Part shown: positions 51,471-64,000 of the stretch, one piece after another | Position numbering within the stretch: position 1 is the stretch's first letter | Layout: each line of letters begins with the position of its first letter | Source: Utricularia gibba | Lineage: Eukaryota > Plantae > Magnoliophyta | Direction: 5' to 3' | DNA: 64,000 nucleotides | Assembly: GCA_002189035.1 (NCBI GenBank) | Contig: NEEC01000002.1 | Coordinates: 4,836,001-4,900,000, forward strand | The notes under the pieces: generated by a model | The model's input: the letters and a program-made list of their open reading frames with translations, nothing else | Database searches by the model: none | Told to the model about the DNA's origin: nothing | Made by a program: the position numbers and the translations under genes

Positions 51471-52599
51471 GGCTTAGACATATCTACGATCTATAATAGA
51501 GGAAGCAAAGCAGGAAGAAGAGAGTTAGTAATTAACAACATACAATACAACAACCAAAAGCTCTAATTGACCAAGGTTTTGTTGACAATGGCATTGGCAT
51601 GACAGACATGAAGCAAGCAATGGAGTAGATGGAGGCTGCGGGGAAAGAAATTATAAATATAAATTAAATATAAATAAGAAATTATCAATCAAATATAAAT
51701 TGTCTTTTAAAACCATAAAATACATTTATCTAAATTCAAATAAACCAAACCTAATTTAATATCATACACATTAACCAAACGTGCCTTTAGGGAATAGATC
51801 TTTTATAAGGGATTCCTTATCATATGAGAATAACCTAAACTATATAAAAAGAATTAAAGTAGTATTTTCCCTCCTCGGTAACAATTGTCACAAGGGAGTG
51901 AATTAATCGATTCATTTCAACCATAGTTTAAAAACACAAAAATAAAAAGAATTGGTCATTGAAGATATCATAAAATTGTACAATTGATAATACATAGTTT
52001 TGAGTATTTAAGTGTAGGAAAATGATTGATATTGTGCTAAACTCAAGTCTATTATGTATTTTGATATTTTTGCGACTAGTACCACCTTTGCATTTTTTAT
52101 TCCTAGTTGGGATCCAATTTTAGTTCTAATAATTCTCCTGAGCAATGCAACATATGTCAGCAACCCAAATCCTAAGGAACCAGATATGAACAGTGCAATA
52201 AAGGAAAATTTTGGACACAAAATTCTGTTGACAAAATCCAAAAAGAAGAAAAAAGAAAATTTTGGACATAAAAAGAGACAAGATGGAGAGAGAAAGAGAG
52301 GATCTTAAGAAATTTTTGTTTATCACATGTTCATGGTCAGAAATTTAAAAGTAGCATAATAAACATAAAACGTTCACAATGCATAAGGAAAGTAAAGTTC
52401 TATTTTGGATTCTCTATCAATTGGTGTTTCGGTGTTGGAGAGCTCCAAGTCAAAATCTCCTCCTTAATCATCTCCTTTCCTCTCTCTATTGGGGTTTGGT
52501 TTCATTCTCCTTTCTCTGTGGTTTCTCTCTTTTCCAAAATATCTTCACCTCCCTTTTTTCAATGCAAGTGTTTTTACTAACACTTGTATTGTTCTTGAC

Positions 52600-55480
52600 T
52601 TGAACCTACAGATCGCAGACGACTGAATATTAATTATGTCTTTTCCTTGTATCTTGTGCCCATCAACTTGTGCTTACAAACTAGTTAAGTTTGATTCATA
52701 ATGCTATTAGTAACATTTAAAAGAGCATTATAAATCATAATATAGATTAAATCATCAATTTACAAATATCTAAAACATTAATAGAATATGTGTTATCACT
52801 TAGGAGTTACAAATTATGTTGTTGGTAACATTTAAAAATAAAAATAATACTACAATTAACAAAATATTAAAAATCACAATTAAAATATCTAATTCTATCA
52901 TTAAACTGCATAATTTTATAATATGAAAACACTAATAAAATGTATGTTATTACTTACCAAGTTTGTTACTGAGTTACGGACCTTGGTTGAGCATCATCAA
53001 ATCAAGTTCAAAATATTGACATCCCAACCCCACTCCTTTGCTCCTGTTGTGATTGACTTGTGCATAGCTGGGATTCACTCTATTTTCAAAAAGAAACTAC
53101 TCGAAAGGTTTTGTCAATATGAAGAAGAATCTAGACATTCAAAGCTACAAAATATGCTATGCTAGTGAAGCAAGCTGCTAAATCTAAAACTACTTTGTTA
53201 CTCAAGTATTTTATATTTCAATTTGTTCCTAATTTAGATCATCTCAAGATCTTTGTTTCATTATACTACATTCATTTCCAAAGGAGAATAGGAACAAACT
53301 TGATATTAAATCTGATTTGATTGTCTTCTTGGGATATAACAATACCAGCAATGCCTATCACGTTCTAAATATGAAAATTGATAAAGTTCAAATTAGCCAA
53401 GATGTCACTGTCAATAAATCTAGAGAATGGGATTGGAATGCAAGTAAATATGATATATCTTATGAAACTAATAACTCTAACATATACCTATTATTTTTGA
53501 AAGATGGCTTATATGCAACAGCTCCATCTATATCTCATCATGATCCAATAATAGAAGTACATGAGATAACTCCTCCCATCTCTTAAAATTCTACAGGAAA
53601 TTCTATTGAGTCATTTTGACTCAAGAAGGGAGCAAGAAATGAGTCCCATGAGTCTTGGTATTCTTGAGCGTGAGATTGATTTACTTCAAAAGTAGTGAGA
53701 TGTTCATTTGATACATATTCTTCACTATTTGTAGAATGTTGTACAAATATGATTCCTCTTCAATCACTAGTTGAGATGCTTGTGAGATCCTTGGAATGCT
53801 CTGATTTCTTAAAATCAACTAATGTCAAAGTGTTGTAGGTAGAATCGGTACTTGGCCGATTTACCTGACTTGAATTTCGTTTTTTTGGTTCTCATAAAAG
53901 CAATAAAAGGGACATAGATTTTTACGTGGAAACCATTGTAATGAAAAACCACAGAGCTAGGGGAGTTTACCGAAAAACATAGTTTCACTTTTTTGTAAGG
54001 AAGCCTTGGCCGATCAATTCTAAGAAGGTCAGCTACTTTCTATGCCTGATAGGATTTGCTTTATCTTGTTGGTGATTTTGTTGACAAATAACCATCTCTT
54101 GCTTTGAATTTCTGCAAGCCAGTTACTTCTTAGATTGTCTTCAAATTGTTGGAGACTAAAATTGTCTCTTTCTTGTCCCCCTTGACATGTAGCCAATTAA
54201 TTGGTAATTTTAGGCTAGTTTACTTTCCACGGGCCAATTTGCTATGGCTCCCTGTAGCCTAGTTGAGATTAGACCAATTTAGGTTTCATAACTAATTTTT
54301 CGCTTTTTTCCTCCAGATTTGCACCTTTCTTTAACTTTGAACTTCGTTGTTGACTATCTTTTGGTTTCTTTTTGTCTTTTTTGGACGATGCCAATTTTGT
54401 GCATCATCACGAAGTAAATCAAAACATCACGAAGTAACTAAAATGTTCCATTAGTTCAAAAATATGCATCTACAGATGAGATTTTTGCTCAATACCATCT
54501 TACTCTCAAACCTGCAATACTAACTAAAGCTCTACAAGAATCAAAGTGGTTGAAATCCATGGTTGATGAGCTTCCTTTTATTTAGGAACATGAGGTATGG
54601 GAACTTTTCAAAAGACCAGAAAATGTCAAAGTATTGGATTTGAAATTGATAAGCAAGGTAAAAGTGAACCTTGATGGAACTGAAAATAAATTGAAATCTA
54701 CACCGATGGTTAAAGGATATCTTCAAAAGTAAGGAATTGATTATTCTGAAACTTTTGCACTAGTGACTAGTCAAAGATGGAAGCTCTATCATCTGGACAT
54801 CAAGTGTGGTTTATTAAATGAAGATCTACATGATGATATCTATATATTAAAGCTAAAGAAAGCTCTATATGATCTCACACAGGCTCCCAAAGAATGATAT
54901 TCAACTATAGACTTCTTTTTTATTAGCTAAGAAAACACTAGAAGTAAAAGTGATACTACTCTCTACATATTAGAAAATCTACAAGGAAAAATCATTGTGA
55001 TTGTCTATGTAGACGATATTCTTATAATATTAGAAAATTTGCACCTGATAGATCAACACAAGTGTATTAAAGCTCTTTGTTGTTATGTTTTCATCTAGGT
55101 TCATGTACAAACTGCACATTGCACATTTAGATATTGCCAAGAGAACCATTAAATATTTGAAATCCACATCCTACCTAGGTCTATACTTCAAATGTGTTAC
55201 TAAAGCTACCTTGTAGGGATTTGTTGATTCTGACTTTGCACATTGTTGATTTTGAAGGAAAACACAAAAGTTCATGACACAACATCAAAAGCATGTTCTT
55301 ATCATAGCTTAACAAGAGAAAGTAAATAGTTGCATGAAATCAAAATAGTTTTCAACAAAATGCTGAAATAGTGTTTATGATCTATTCCCATCTACGAGTC
55401 GTGCTCTTGATGAAGAAATCTTAAAGTTTGGGCTGAGTTGTTGTATTTGTCTTTTTTTTATTCTATTGGGTTTTGTAATT
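52600..55480 (+). mobile_element. Decayed Ty1/copia pol (INT-RT-RNase H), interrupted at ~53590-54500
   Basis: NKLDIKSDLIVFLGY..AYHV..ISQDV (integrase end), KWLKSMVDE..VWEL, GIDYSETFA, YVDDI at ~55005 and GFVDSDFA at ~55215. Confidence 0.85.
53830..54400 (-). mobile_element. Probable copia-type LTR fragment inserted in the copia relic
   Basis: GATTTTTACGTGGAAACC...GAAAAACCAC motif typical of reverse-oriented copia LTRs. Boundaries unclear. Confidence 0.4.
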
Positions 55481-55535
55481 TTTCACCCTAGATATCCCTT
55501 ATTCCCAAATGGTTGCATTTTGTTCCAAGGGGAGA

Positions 55536-56770
55536 TGTTGCATGTCGTTTCCTCAACAAATTTTAAATATTTATAAAACGTAAAACACAAAAAGCATAGT
55601 ACGAGTATCGATCTCAAGGAGTTCTTTTTCGTGAAAATTGTTTGTAAGAAACTTTCACAAAATGCCATGGTTTTGCAAAAGGGGGTTTTTAAGATGTAGA
55701 AATAAAAGTTACAACCTAAGTAATGGGCCTTGAATACGGTACGCAGTTCCTGGGAATAAGATTCCATCTCCTTCCTTTGTCCGTCTTTGCCTCGGTTTTC
55801 GCTGATTTCTTCCGAATAGCTGGTTATAGGAGCAAGGAATAGCTTACTCTCCCTTACACTCTGATTGACTAGGAGGCACGGGAATAGCCTCATGTGATTC
55901 CTCTTTGGACGATTAGGAAGACAAGAGGATTGCCTTCAAAATCGAATTGTGCGTGTGTGCCCAGCTGTTGCCAATGGCCAGTGGTAGGTCCGAGGTCACA
56001 ACTTGTCCACTGTCGCGGTACCTAGGCCACAAACAATCCGCTACTTCTCTCGAACCAGCAGGGTTGGAGTTGGTGCTCTTTACCTTGATCTTCACCAAAA
56101 TCCACGAGGAGTGGCTTGCTACTCATGGACCTTGACTAAGAGTCGTTATAGAAGGACTGCAACAATACGCGTGGAAGTATGTAGAATCCGAGATCAATTC
56201 AGCGAAGAACTGAAAGGGCCATGAAAACAGAAAGGAAATTGAAAGCTAAGTGTTCAATCCTTGGAGAGGAGAAAGACTTCAAAAGTTCTAAGTACAAATT
56301 TAAAGTGCGAAAAAGTCTGAAACTAAGTGCTCCAAGTGGCTTTTATATGACTTCCAACGTGCATTAACTCCTTTGGGTCCCCTTCTCATCATTCCTTCTG
56401 TCTTGCGTGCGCCAGTAGCTTTTCTTTGAATGCAAGTTTGCGCACAATTATTGCTGCAGACTCTGACATGTCGTAAGTCAAGGGCCATGACCAGTGTCAG
56501 TCTTCCGCCCACAATTGTTCAAAGTCGCGTACAAGGCACGAAAAGTCAGACTCTGACCACCTGTAATACTCCTACAACACTCCACGACAGTCTCCTGACA
56601 TGTCTCGGTCAAAGTGTGAGAAAAAAGGCATAAAATATACACAAAATGAGAAAATATGAATTTTCTAGTAAAAATCAAATACTTAATAATAAGACTCCTA
56701 ATTTGGACGACTTTATACATAATTAACACATAATAATACCTAATAATTAACTAGAAAATGACACTTAACA
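55536..56770 (-). mobile_element. Solo LTR (Athila-like), TSD (G/T)GAGA
   Basis: TGTTGCATGTCGTTTCC...AAAATGACACTTAACA with flanks GGAGA and TGAGA. Homologous to 36553-37852 and, at the ends, to 58261-59586. Confidence 0.82.
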
Positions 56771-58260
56771 TGAGATATTTTTTTCTTTATTATCATCTCT
56801 CATTTTCCTAGATGGTTGCGTACTGAAAATTTGCTGCATTGCTCAAGGAAAGTGGTTAAAACAAAGATTGAGGCTAAATCTAGGATTTAGTCCTAATCTT
56901 GAATAAAAACATGTAAATATATTGCTAATTTCAAAAATGCAGAAATGCTTAATAAGATCCCAATTTCATAATATACTGTTACTCATTTTATAGTCCTAAG
57001 ACATTGAAAACATGTGTTATCACATTATGTTACAACAACATTACACTTATCCTCATATCCAAACTAAGACTAATAGGAGTTAAAGCGTTTAAGGTATTTC
57101 ACAAACAGTAATGTGAATGCTCCACATTTCTGCCTAGAATGCGAAAAGTAACAAAGTGCAAGTGTTCGAGTTAGGTTACCACTTAGGCTCACATGAAAAT
57201 TTCATAAAGAAGAGTGCTTTCAAATATTAAAAACGCTAGCATGACACATTTCGACTTTCAAAGGAATATTGGTTGTGACCCTTTATATCTTTCTCCTTTC
57301 CTCTGTTTTTTCTTTTTTTTTCTTTAGAGATCAAGTTTAGGAAAGATTCTAGGCTCAACTCAAATAATTGTTGCTTTCCCCCCTTATATGTGGAGTGTCG
57401 GCCAAGCACTCCTCTCCTTATTCGTCTTGTGAGCTCTCTACTCCTTTTGGTTGTTCCTATAACCTTCCTTTTCTCTTTACTTTATCATCTACACATGCTT
57501 TTTAACTATGTGTCAGTTTTTGAGACATAGGGTCCGATCACTTTTCTAACCCTGATTTTCATACTTTTATGAATCTTTCAACAACCATCTTCCATGAAAG
57601 AACAATATTTTCCAATTTGAACAAAAAAAATCTTGAATGCACAAGTTAAATTACATTGCATATGCTGCTATCTCACGAGAATGATCAGGCTGAAAATCAT
57701 ACTCATAGGTGTATAAAATGGCTATAGCAAATTCATGCATTTTGTACATCATGGAAAACATCACACACATGTATGGGAATACTTCAAATGGCTGAAAAAA
57801 ATTCTAGTGATCATAATATTGAGCTACTAAATTATTCCTAACTTAGACTAACACCGTCAAATAAAAATAAAACAAAAACGATGACAATGATGTTACTTGA
57901 TTAGGGAGGAGTCCTTCACCCCTGTTTCAGTTCTTTTACTTCCCGTAGCAATCTTTCTCATTCTTTTGTTTTGTGGGTGTCAAATCAGAGGTTCCTCCCT
58001 TTTCCTTCAGTGGTAGTGTCTTCCCATAGAGTTATGCAAGTGATCTAAAAAAAAATCTACTTCCTCATGCTTGAATTAGTTCAGCAGTCTTAAGGGAATA
58101 ATTTCAAGTTCTACTATTCGATTTGCACACAATGTTCTTGCCAGAAAGGTGATCACATTGCTGAATTTGAGCTGGTTGATGGTACTAAGTCTGTAATCAT
58201 GGTTCATTTGTTTTGCTGAAATGGCTCCTAGGTTCAAAGATTTCTTGTGCAAAAGGTACT

Positions 58261-59586
58261 TGATGCGTGTCGTTTCCACAGCAAATTTTAATACTTTTAA
58301 AACTTGTAAAACACAAAAGCGTAGTACGGGTGTCGAACATAGGGAGTTGTTTTTGAGTGAAAGGTGAGGCACCTCAAATACAACTGTCACGATTTGTAAA
58401 CGGTTTTGAAGGTAAAAGGTGCGAGAAACGTTGATGATGAAGCTTGAGTAAGGGAACGAGAGGGGTTTTGAGCAAACAACTAAAATGAACGTAAGCGATG
58501 AACCTTAAATAAAGTAAATGTTCCTGGGTTTGGAATCCTGTCCAGCTATGTTCGTTGCGTCTTCACTCTTCTTTGGTCCTCTCGAGTACTCGGTTATAGG
58601 AGTAAGGAATTGCCTACCCTCCCTTACACTCTCTTGCAAGAAGGCACGGGAATAGCCTGATGTTGCTCCTCCTTGGACGAACGTGAGAATAAGAGGTCCT
58701 GCCAGTGTACCCTCACGGCCGAATTGCGTGCGTGTGCCCGAGTGTTGCCAATGATCCAATGAGTCCAGATACAAGGTCACTACCTGTCCATTAATCCTGA
58801 GGTACGGCCACAGACAAAACGTTGTCTTCCTCCTGCCAAAAGGGCTCGAGTTGGTGCTTTCCACCTTGCTCCTCTCCAAAATTCGCGGGTAGTGATCAGC
58901 TAACCATGAACCTTGAATACGGGGACTGTTATAGAAAGACTGCAACATAGTCGCGCGAAGACATACGAAACCCGTTCAGATAAGCTAACGATACATAGAT
59001 CTGGGGGTGTTCCAACCCAGAAACGAAAGTTTCTAGCCGCGAATGGCCATACAAACTAAAAAAACAAAACAAGGTTCTAGAGAGAAGCTAGAGGAAAAAT
59101 CCTCTAGAGAGAGAAACAAAAGGGAAACTAAACTGAAAGTAAAGTAAACTTGTCTGAATAGAACTGAACTTCATTGAGAGTCTGAGCTTTCGTGTCCCTA
59201 TGATTCTGCTGAACTTGGGATGACTTGCAAGCAACATCTGACACTGGTACGCTAATGATGCCGCCTATCAGAGACTCCCGTGTTCCGCACGTCAAGGCTC
59301 ATGATTAGACATCTGCAGTCTTCCGGAAATCAAGGGAATGTCAGCTCGGGAAGATCCAATTTGTCGCCATCTGATGCTCTCTTTCTCTCACTTCCTGCCA
59401 CGTGTGCATCTCTAGAAAAACTCAATTAAAACTAATAAAATTAATATATAAAATACAAGATTTAGGATAATTATCCTAAACTAAATAAAAACCCAAATCT
59501 CATATTATAGACTACTAATTAGACACTTCTAATCACATTTAAACATAAAAACAACCTAAGAAATAATAAGAAAATGACACTTAACA
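58261..59586 (-). mobile_element. Solo LTR, 1326 bp, perfect TSD GTACT, same family as LTR 8553-9763
   Basis: TGATGCGTGTCGTTTCC...AAAATGACACTTAACA with GTACT at 58256-60 and 59587-91. Confidence 0.92.
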
Positions 59587-62500
59587 GTACTACATAACAA
59601 ATAGTTTATGCTTATACTAGGAACTAAATCCTAAAACACATTTGAACAACACAACAGAAATCAAGAGATGAACATATCTCATGATAGAGTCAGTGAACAA
59701 ATTTGCCTTGGTATCCTTAAACTTAAACTCTATCACAAACTAATCAACTAGCACCCCATATATTTCCTCAGCATCAAACTCTTCATGATAGCAAACAAAG
59801 ATGCAGCAAAAGCATGCAAATCTATATCCTATTCAGAGCAAAAACCTAACACAACATTCCATTTAGCAATAAAAAAGGAAAATTCTTTTCCTAATAGTTT
59901 AAATTTCACAATCACTGATAGTTTCATGTTTCACAAATGAAAAAGTAGCAACAAAATCATAAGTAACTCAATGTAAGCAAGGTAATTCATGTCACACAAA
60001 GTCAACAAGTTTGTGCCTTCTAGCATGGAATAAACGTTTTCAACAATCCCTAGCTCCATTAAAATCTCAAAATCTATTATGCGGCTAGGCATGACCTTGG
60101 CTCCCTTTACCTCATTATATCTTTTCAATTGTTCCTCATTGGTGAGGTCAAGGTATTTGAGGTTTAACATATCTACATTGTGCTTGAAGGGATGCCCTCA
60201 TCATCCTCCTATGTGATTTCTCCTTCTCCTCTCCTACATGTCTCCTTGAACTCAAAAAGAGAGGAACAAGGTTAGGTAGAAACTTCTCCCTTTTTGCTTC
60301 AATTTCTATCTCAACATCCTCTTCCTCATCTAACTTTTCTTCCTCTAGCTCTGGTTCTTTTGCTTTGTTTGTTCTGCTCTCTGTCCTTGTGAGGAGGTTT
60401 CTGTCACCATCTTCCTTTTTAGTTGATGTCACTGCAATTGTGGTTGGCTGTTCTTCTACTGATGACACCTTATCCGCTTCACTAGATCTTGCTTCATTTC
60501 ACCATTTTCCTCTTCATTGTTTTCTAGGGGTTCCTCAGCCCCTGCTACTATGATCTCCACTTTCAGTTCAATACTCTCCTCTATGTCAGGTACCACTTCA
60601 TCGCAATTGTCTATTTGAGGTTCACTTTCTTCTTCCCCTAAGTCTTTCTCCCCTTCTTTTTCTTTTGGTATACGATGCTCAGCGTCTCAACAGGCATTTC
60701 TTCCACCATCTGCTTTCCTTTTTCTTTGCAATTTTTCTACAAGTCATTTAATTTCTATTGAAGGTTAGGGCTGGTGGGTGAATTCAGTCATTGGCTCCTT
60801 CTTTCCATAACAGGAGGTTCCTCTGCTTCTAGGGCAAGGAATGTATCCACAACTTGAAATTTTTCTTCTCTAGCATTCGGGACTTTGCACTGTTCTTGAG
60901 GATCAACATTGGCTTCACCCCAAGTTTTCTTCCTCTTATCACTCTCAGTGGCAACCTTCTTGCCGGAGTTTGCGGCAAGAGCATTCTAGTGTTGGCATTT
61001 CGCAAGCATCTTGGGAGAGATTTTTCTACAATTCTCACAAACAAAGTGAAAAGTTTGAAACTAAGCGAACGTTAGAAAGGAATTTACCCCAAAATTCACC
61101 AAGGGTTTAATGGCAAATCTATAAAATCCTAACATTAATTTCAACTTCATTAATTATCGCTCCTAAATCACAACATAACTCTCATTTGTCTCAATGGAAA
61201 TACTAAGCAATGCCCAAAATAACTCCCATCTTAGTTTAAAAGAGTATAACAAAATAAAATAAAATAACATAAAACTGAATAGAATTTTAAACTTGGGATA
61301 CCTCTCACGAGCATCCATGTTGATAGTCTTGGACTCAACTTCCAACATGTTCTATGTTGTTTATGTATTCCTCAGGATAAGAACTTCAGGTTCTTCCACA
61401 AATTTATTCAGGATAAGAATTTTTATTGAAAATTTTCAATCTATGTATATTCACAATATAACTTTTGTCAATGTCTTTATCATAAATCTCCATAGTTTTG
61501 TTTTGAAAGACATCCTTCATTACAAATGGTCTAATCCAGCAGGATTTGAGTTTTCCTCGATGTAATTTTAATGTGGATTGAAACAATAACACTTTGTGGT
61601 CAACTTCAAAAGATATTTTGAGAATGTGTCTATTGTGCTAATCTTTAGTCCTAGTTTTGAACAACTTTGAGCTCTCATAGGTATCATTTCGCAAATCTTC
61701 TAACTTTGAAAACTGTAATTTTGCCTAACTTGCACATAGACCCTTTTTCGAGATTTAGTCTCTTCACAACCCATCAGGATTTGTGTTCAAGTTAATTGGC
61801 AACCTGAATGGTGAAGTTCAGATTGATGTTTTATATGCTGTCCGTGTTGCCCATAAAGCATTTCTTAGTCTCATGCTTCATTACTTCCTGTTTGGGTTCA
61901 CTACTTTATCTAGGATCTATTTAATCTCTCTTTTTGATACTTCCATATGCTCATTTGTTTGCAGATGGTATACTATTGAAGCCTTATACCAAAGATTGAA
62001 CTATTTCAATACATTCCTCAAGGCCTGATTGTAAAAGTGCATCCCTTTGTCACTAGTTAGTGCCTTAGGAGTCATATAACGAACAAAAATGTTGTTGTGT
62101 AGATAATTGATAATTGTCTTTGCATCGTCTATCCTTATAGGGATGACTTCAGTCCACTTCAAAACATAATCAACAGCCACTAAAATGTAATTGAACCCTA
62201 CAAAAGTGGAGAACGGCCCCATAAAATCAATGCCCCAAACATCAAATAACTCACATATTATAATTCTTTGTAGAGGAATTTCATTTTTGTTGAATAAATT
62301 TCTCACTCTTTGACATGGTGCACAACCTTTGCAATAATTGTAATAATCTCTAAAAATGTGAGGCCAATAGAATCCACAATCTAAAATTTTTCTATCTATC
62401 TGGTTTGGTTCATGATGGTCATTAAAAGGTTCTGCATGACATAAATCAATAATTTTAGGAATTTCAAACTCATGAACACACCTTTGAATTACACTATCAT

Positions 62501-63566
62501 TGCATCTCTTCCATATGTAAGGATCATCCCAAATATAATATTTGGTGTCACTCTACAATTTTTTCTTCGCATGGTAATCAATTCTTGGTGGCATCACTCT
62601 AATTGAAACAAAATTGGACAAGTGAGCAAACAATGGTTCTCAAATGATAGTCCTAACTGAGAATAAGTATTCATCTGAAATCATTTCAATGATAGGACTG
62701 TCATTCCTTATCCTTCTATCCTATTGAGATGATCAGCCACCATGTTCTCCTTCCCAGGTCTATCTCTGATCTCAATGTTAAATTTGTGGACAAGAAGAAC
62801 TCATCTTATAAGTCTTGGCTTGAACTCTTTCTTCATCAAATGCTTCACCGTCAAGTGATCTGTGTAAATAATCACCTTACTACCTAGAAGATAAGACGTG
62901 AATTTTTTATAGCAAATTTCATAGATAAAAATTATCTTTCAGTCACATTGTAATTTCTTTGCGCATCATCTAATGTCTTGAAAGCATAAGAAATGGCATG
63001 ATGATTTCATTCAATTTTCTATCCCAAAACTGTTCCTATGGCATTTTGCTAACATCATACATAATTTTGAAATCATACCTCTAATTTGGTAGTTGCATCA
63101 TAGGGTAGTAGTCATAGCTCTTTCAAGTGATTAAAACCAGTATCGCATGAATAATCAAAATTAAAATCTACATCATTGTGCAAAAGTCAATTGAGAGTTA
63201 AAGCAATTTTATAAAATTTTTGAATAAATCTTCTATAGAAGTCAATATCTCTAAAAAATGATCTCAACCCTTCACATCAATTGGATATAGTAATTGAATT
63301 ATAATCCCAATTTTTTCTTTATCTACCTCAATACCTTTCCTAGAAATAACATGGTGAAACACAATTTCATGATCTATCATGAAGTGACATTTTTTAGAAT
63401 TAAGAACAAAATTTTTCTCAAAATATTTTTGCAAGACTTGATGCAAATGATCTAAACATGACTCATAATTCTTTTTAGACACTATAAAATCATCCATAAA
63501 AGTTCAAAGAAATCCTCACGAAAATTTGAAAAGATGCTGGTCATATACCTCTAGAAGGTAGCAGGA

Positions 63567-63661
63567 GTAAGTCTTCCCAAATGAAAGAAACTAGGTCTTT
63601 AACCCAAACTTAGTCTTTCTACAGGTGTAAGTCTTCCCAAATGAAAGAAACTAGGTCTTTA
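63567..63661. repeat. Exact 35-bp direct duplication, 60-bp period
   Basis: GTAAGTCTTCCCAAATGAAAGAAACTAGGTCTTTA at 63567 and 63627. Confidence 0.9.
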
Positions 63662-64000
63662 GCTGAAATTAAAACTTAGTTATATTCAAAATAACACCAC
63701 TCATTTTGGATTCTTTGTGGCACCAACTCTCTCATCTCGTTCTCCACCATTGTCATGTCAATCTTCTTGGATACTATATGGATGGGATTGACCCACTTGC
63801 TATTCATGATGGAGTATATAATACTTGCATATGAAGTTTGAAAATTTCTTTTTTTTTTACCACTTCTATCATATTTGGGTTGAGACATCTTTGTGGGTGA
63901 CCGATAGGTTCGATTCCATCTTCTAAGAGAATCTTGTGCATGCATATAGGGGGAGAGATTCCTCTATTTGCAAGGGTCCATCCAGTTGCCTTCTTATTTT

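Larger units (their letters stand above)
56776..64000 (-). mobile_element. Heavily decayed Athila-like element (RT, RH, INT, env-like ORF2, 3' non-coding) continuing beyond the window
   Basis: KWVNPIHIV, MDDF, ELFDVWGIDFMGPF..VAVDYV and LKSCWIRPF; ORF2-like LNLKYLD..PSRIIDFEILMELG at 59931-60170. Left boundary uncertain. Confidence 0.8.

Noticed and set aside
58505-58948. 147-aa ORF inside the solo LTR, partly shared with 8797-8997 and 55483-55893
   Set aside because: The similarity is explained by LTR homology; the frame is broken or differently bounded in sister copies.
63567-63661. CRISPR-like repeat-spacer-repeat (35 bp plus 25 bp)
   Set aside because: Only two copies, inside a plant retrotransposon RT, with no cas genes; it is a local duplication.

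Overview
AT-rich plant (angiosperm) nuclear DNA; coordinates were read by eye. Six spliced host genes lie in two islands. The first (26-33.5 kb) is a head-to-head pair: SAC8 phosphoinositide phosphatase (-, 20 exons) and EBP1/PA2G4 (+). The second (40-50 kb) holds pyruvate decarboxylase (+), 40S RPS4 (+), patellin-6 (+, with a 1-nt frameshift in a C-run) and mitochondrial ribosomal protein bL34m (-). The rest is largely nested, decayed transposons: Athila-like Ty3/gypsy elements, several solo LTRs with readable target-site duplications (TSDs), two Angela-like copia LTRs, a copia pol relic, a Tekay-like chromovirus end, a ~7.9 kb hAT inserted inside a MULE transposase, and a PIF/Harbinger-type non-autonomous element. 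I see no convincing new multi-gene system. The best leads are: a U12-type AT-AA intron plus three GC-AG introns in SAC8; the PATL6 frameshift; two same-family solo LTRs in the same 9-bp target; foreign fragments inside the hAT; and two unidentified decayed spliced reading frames.
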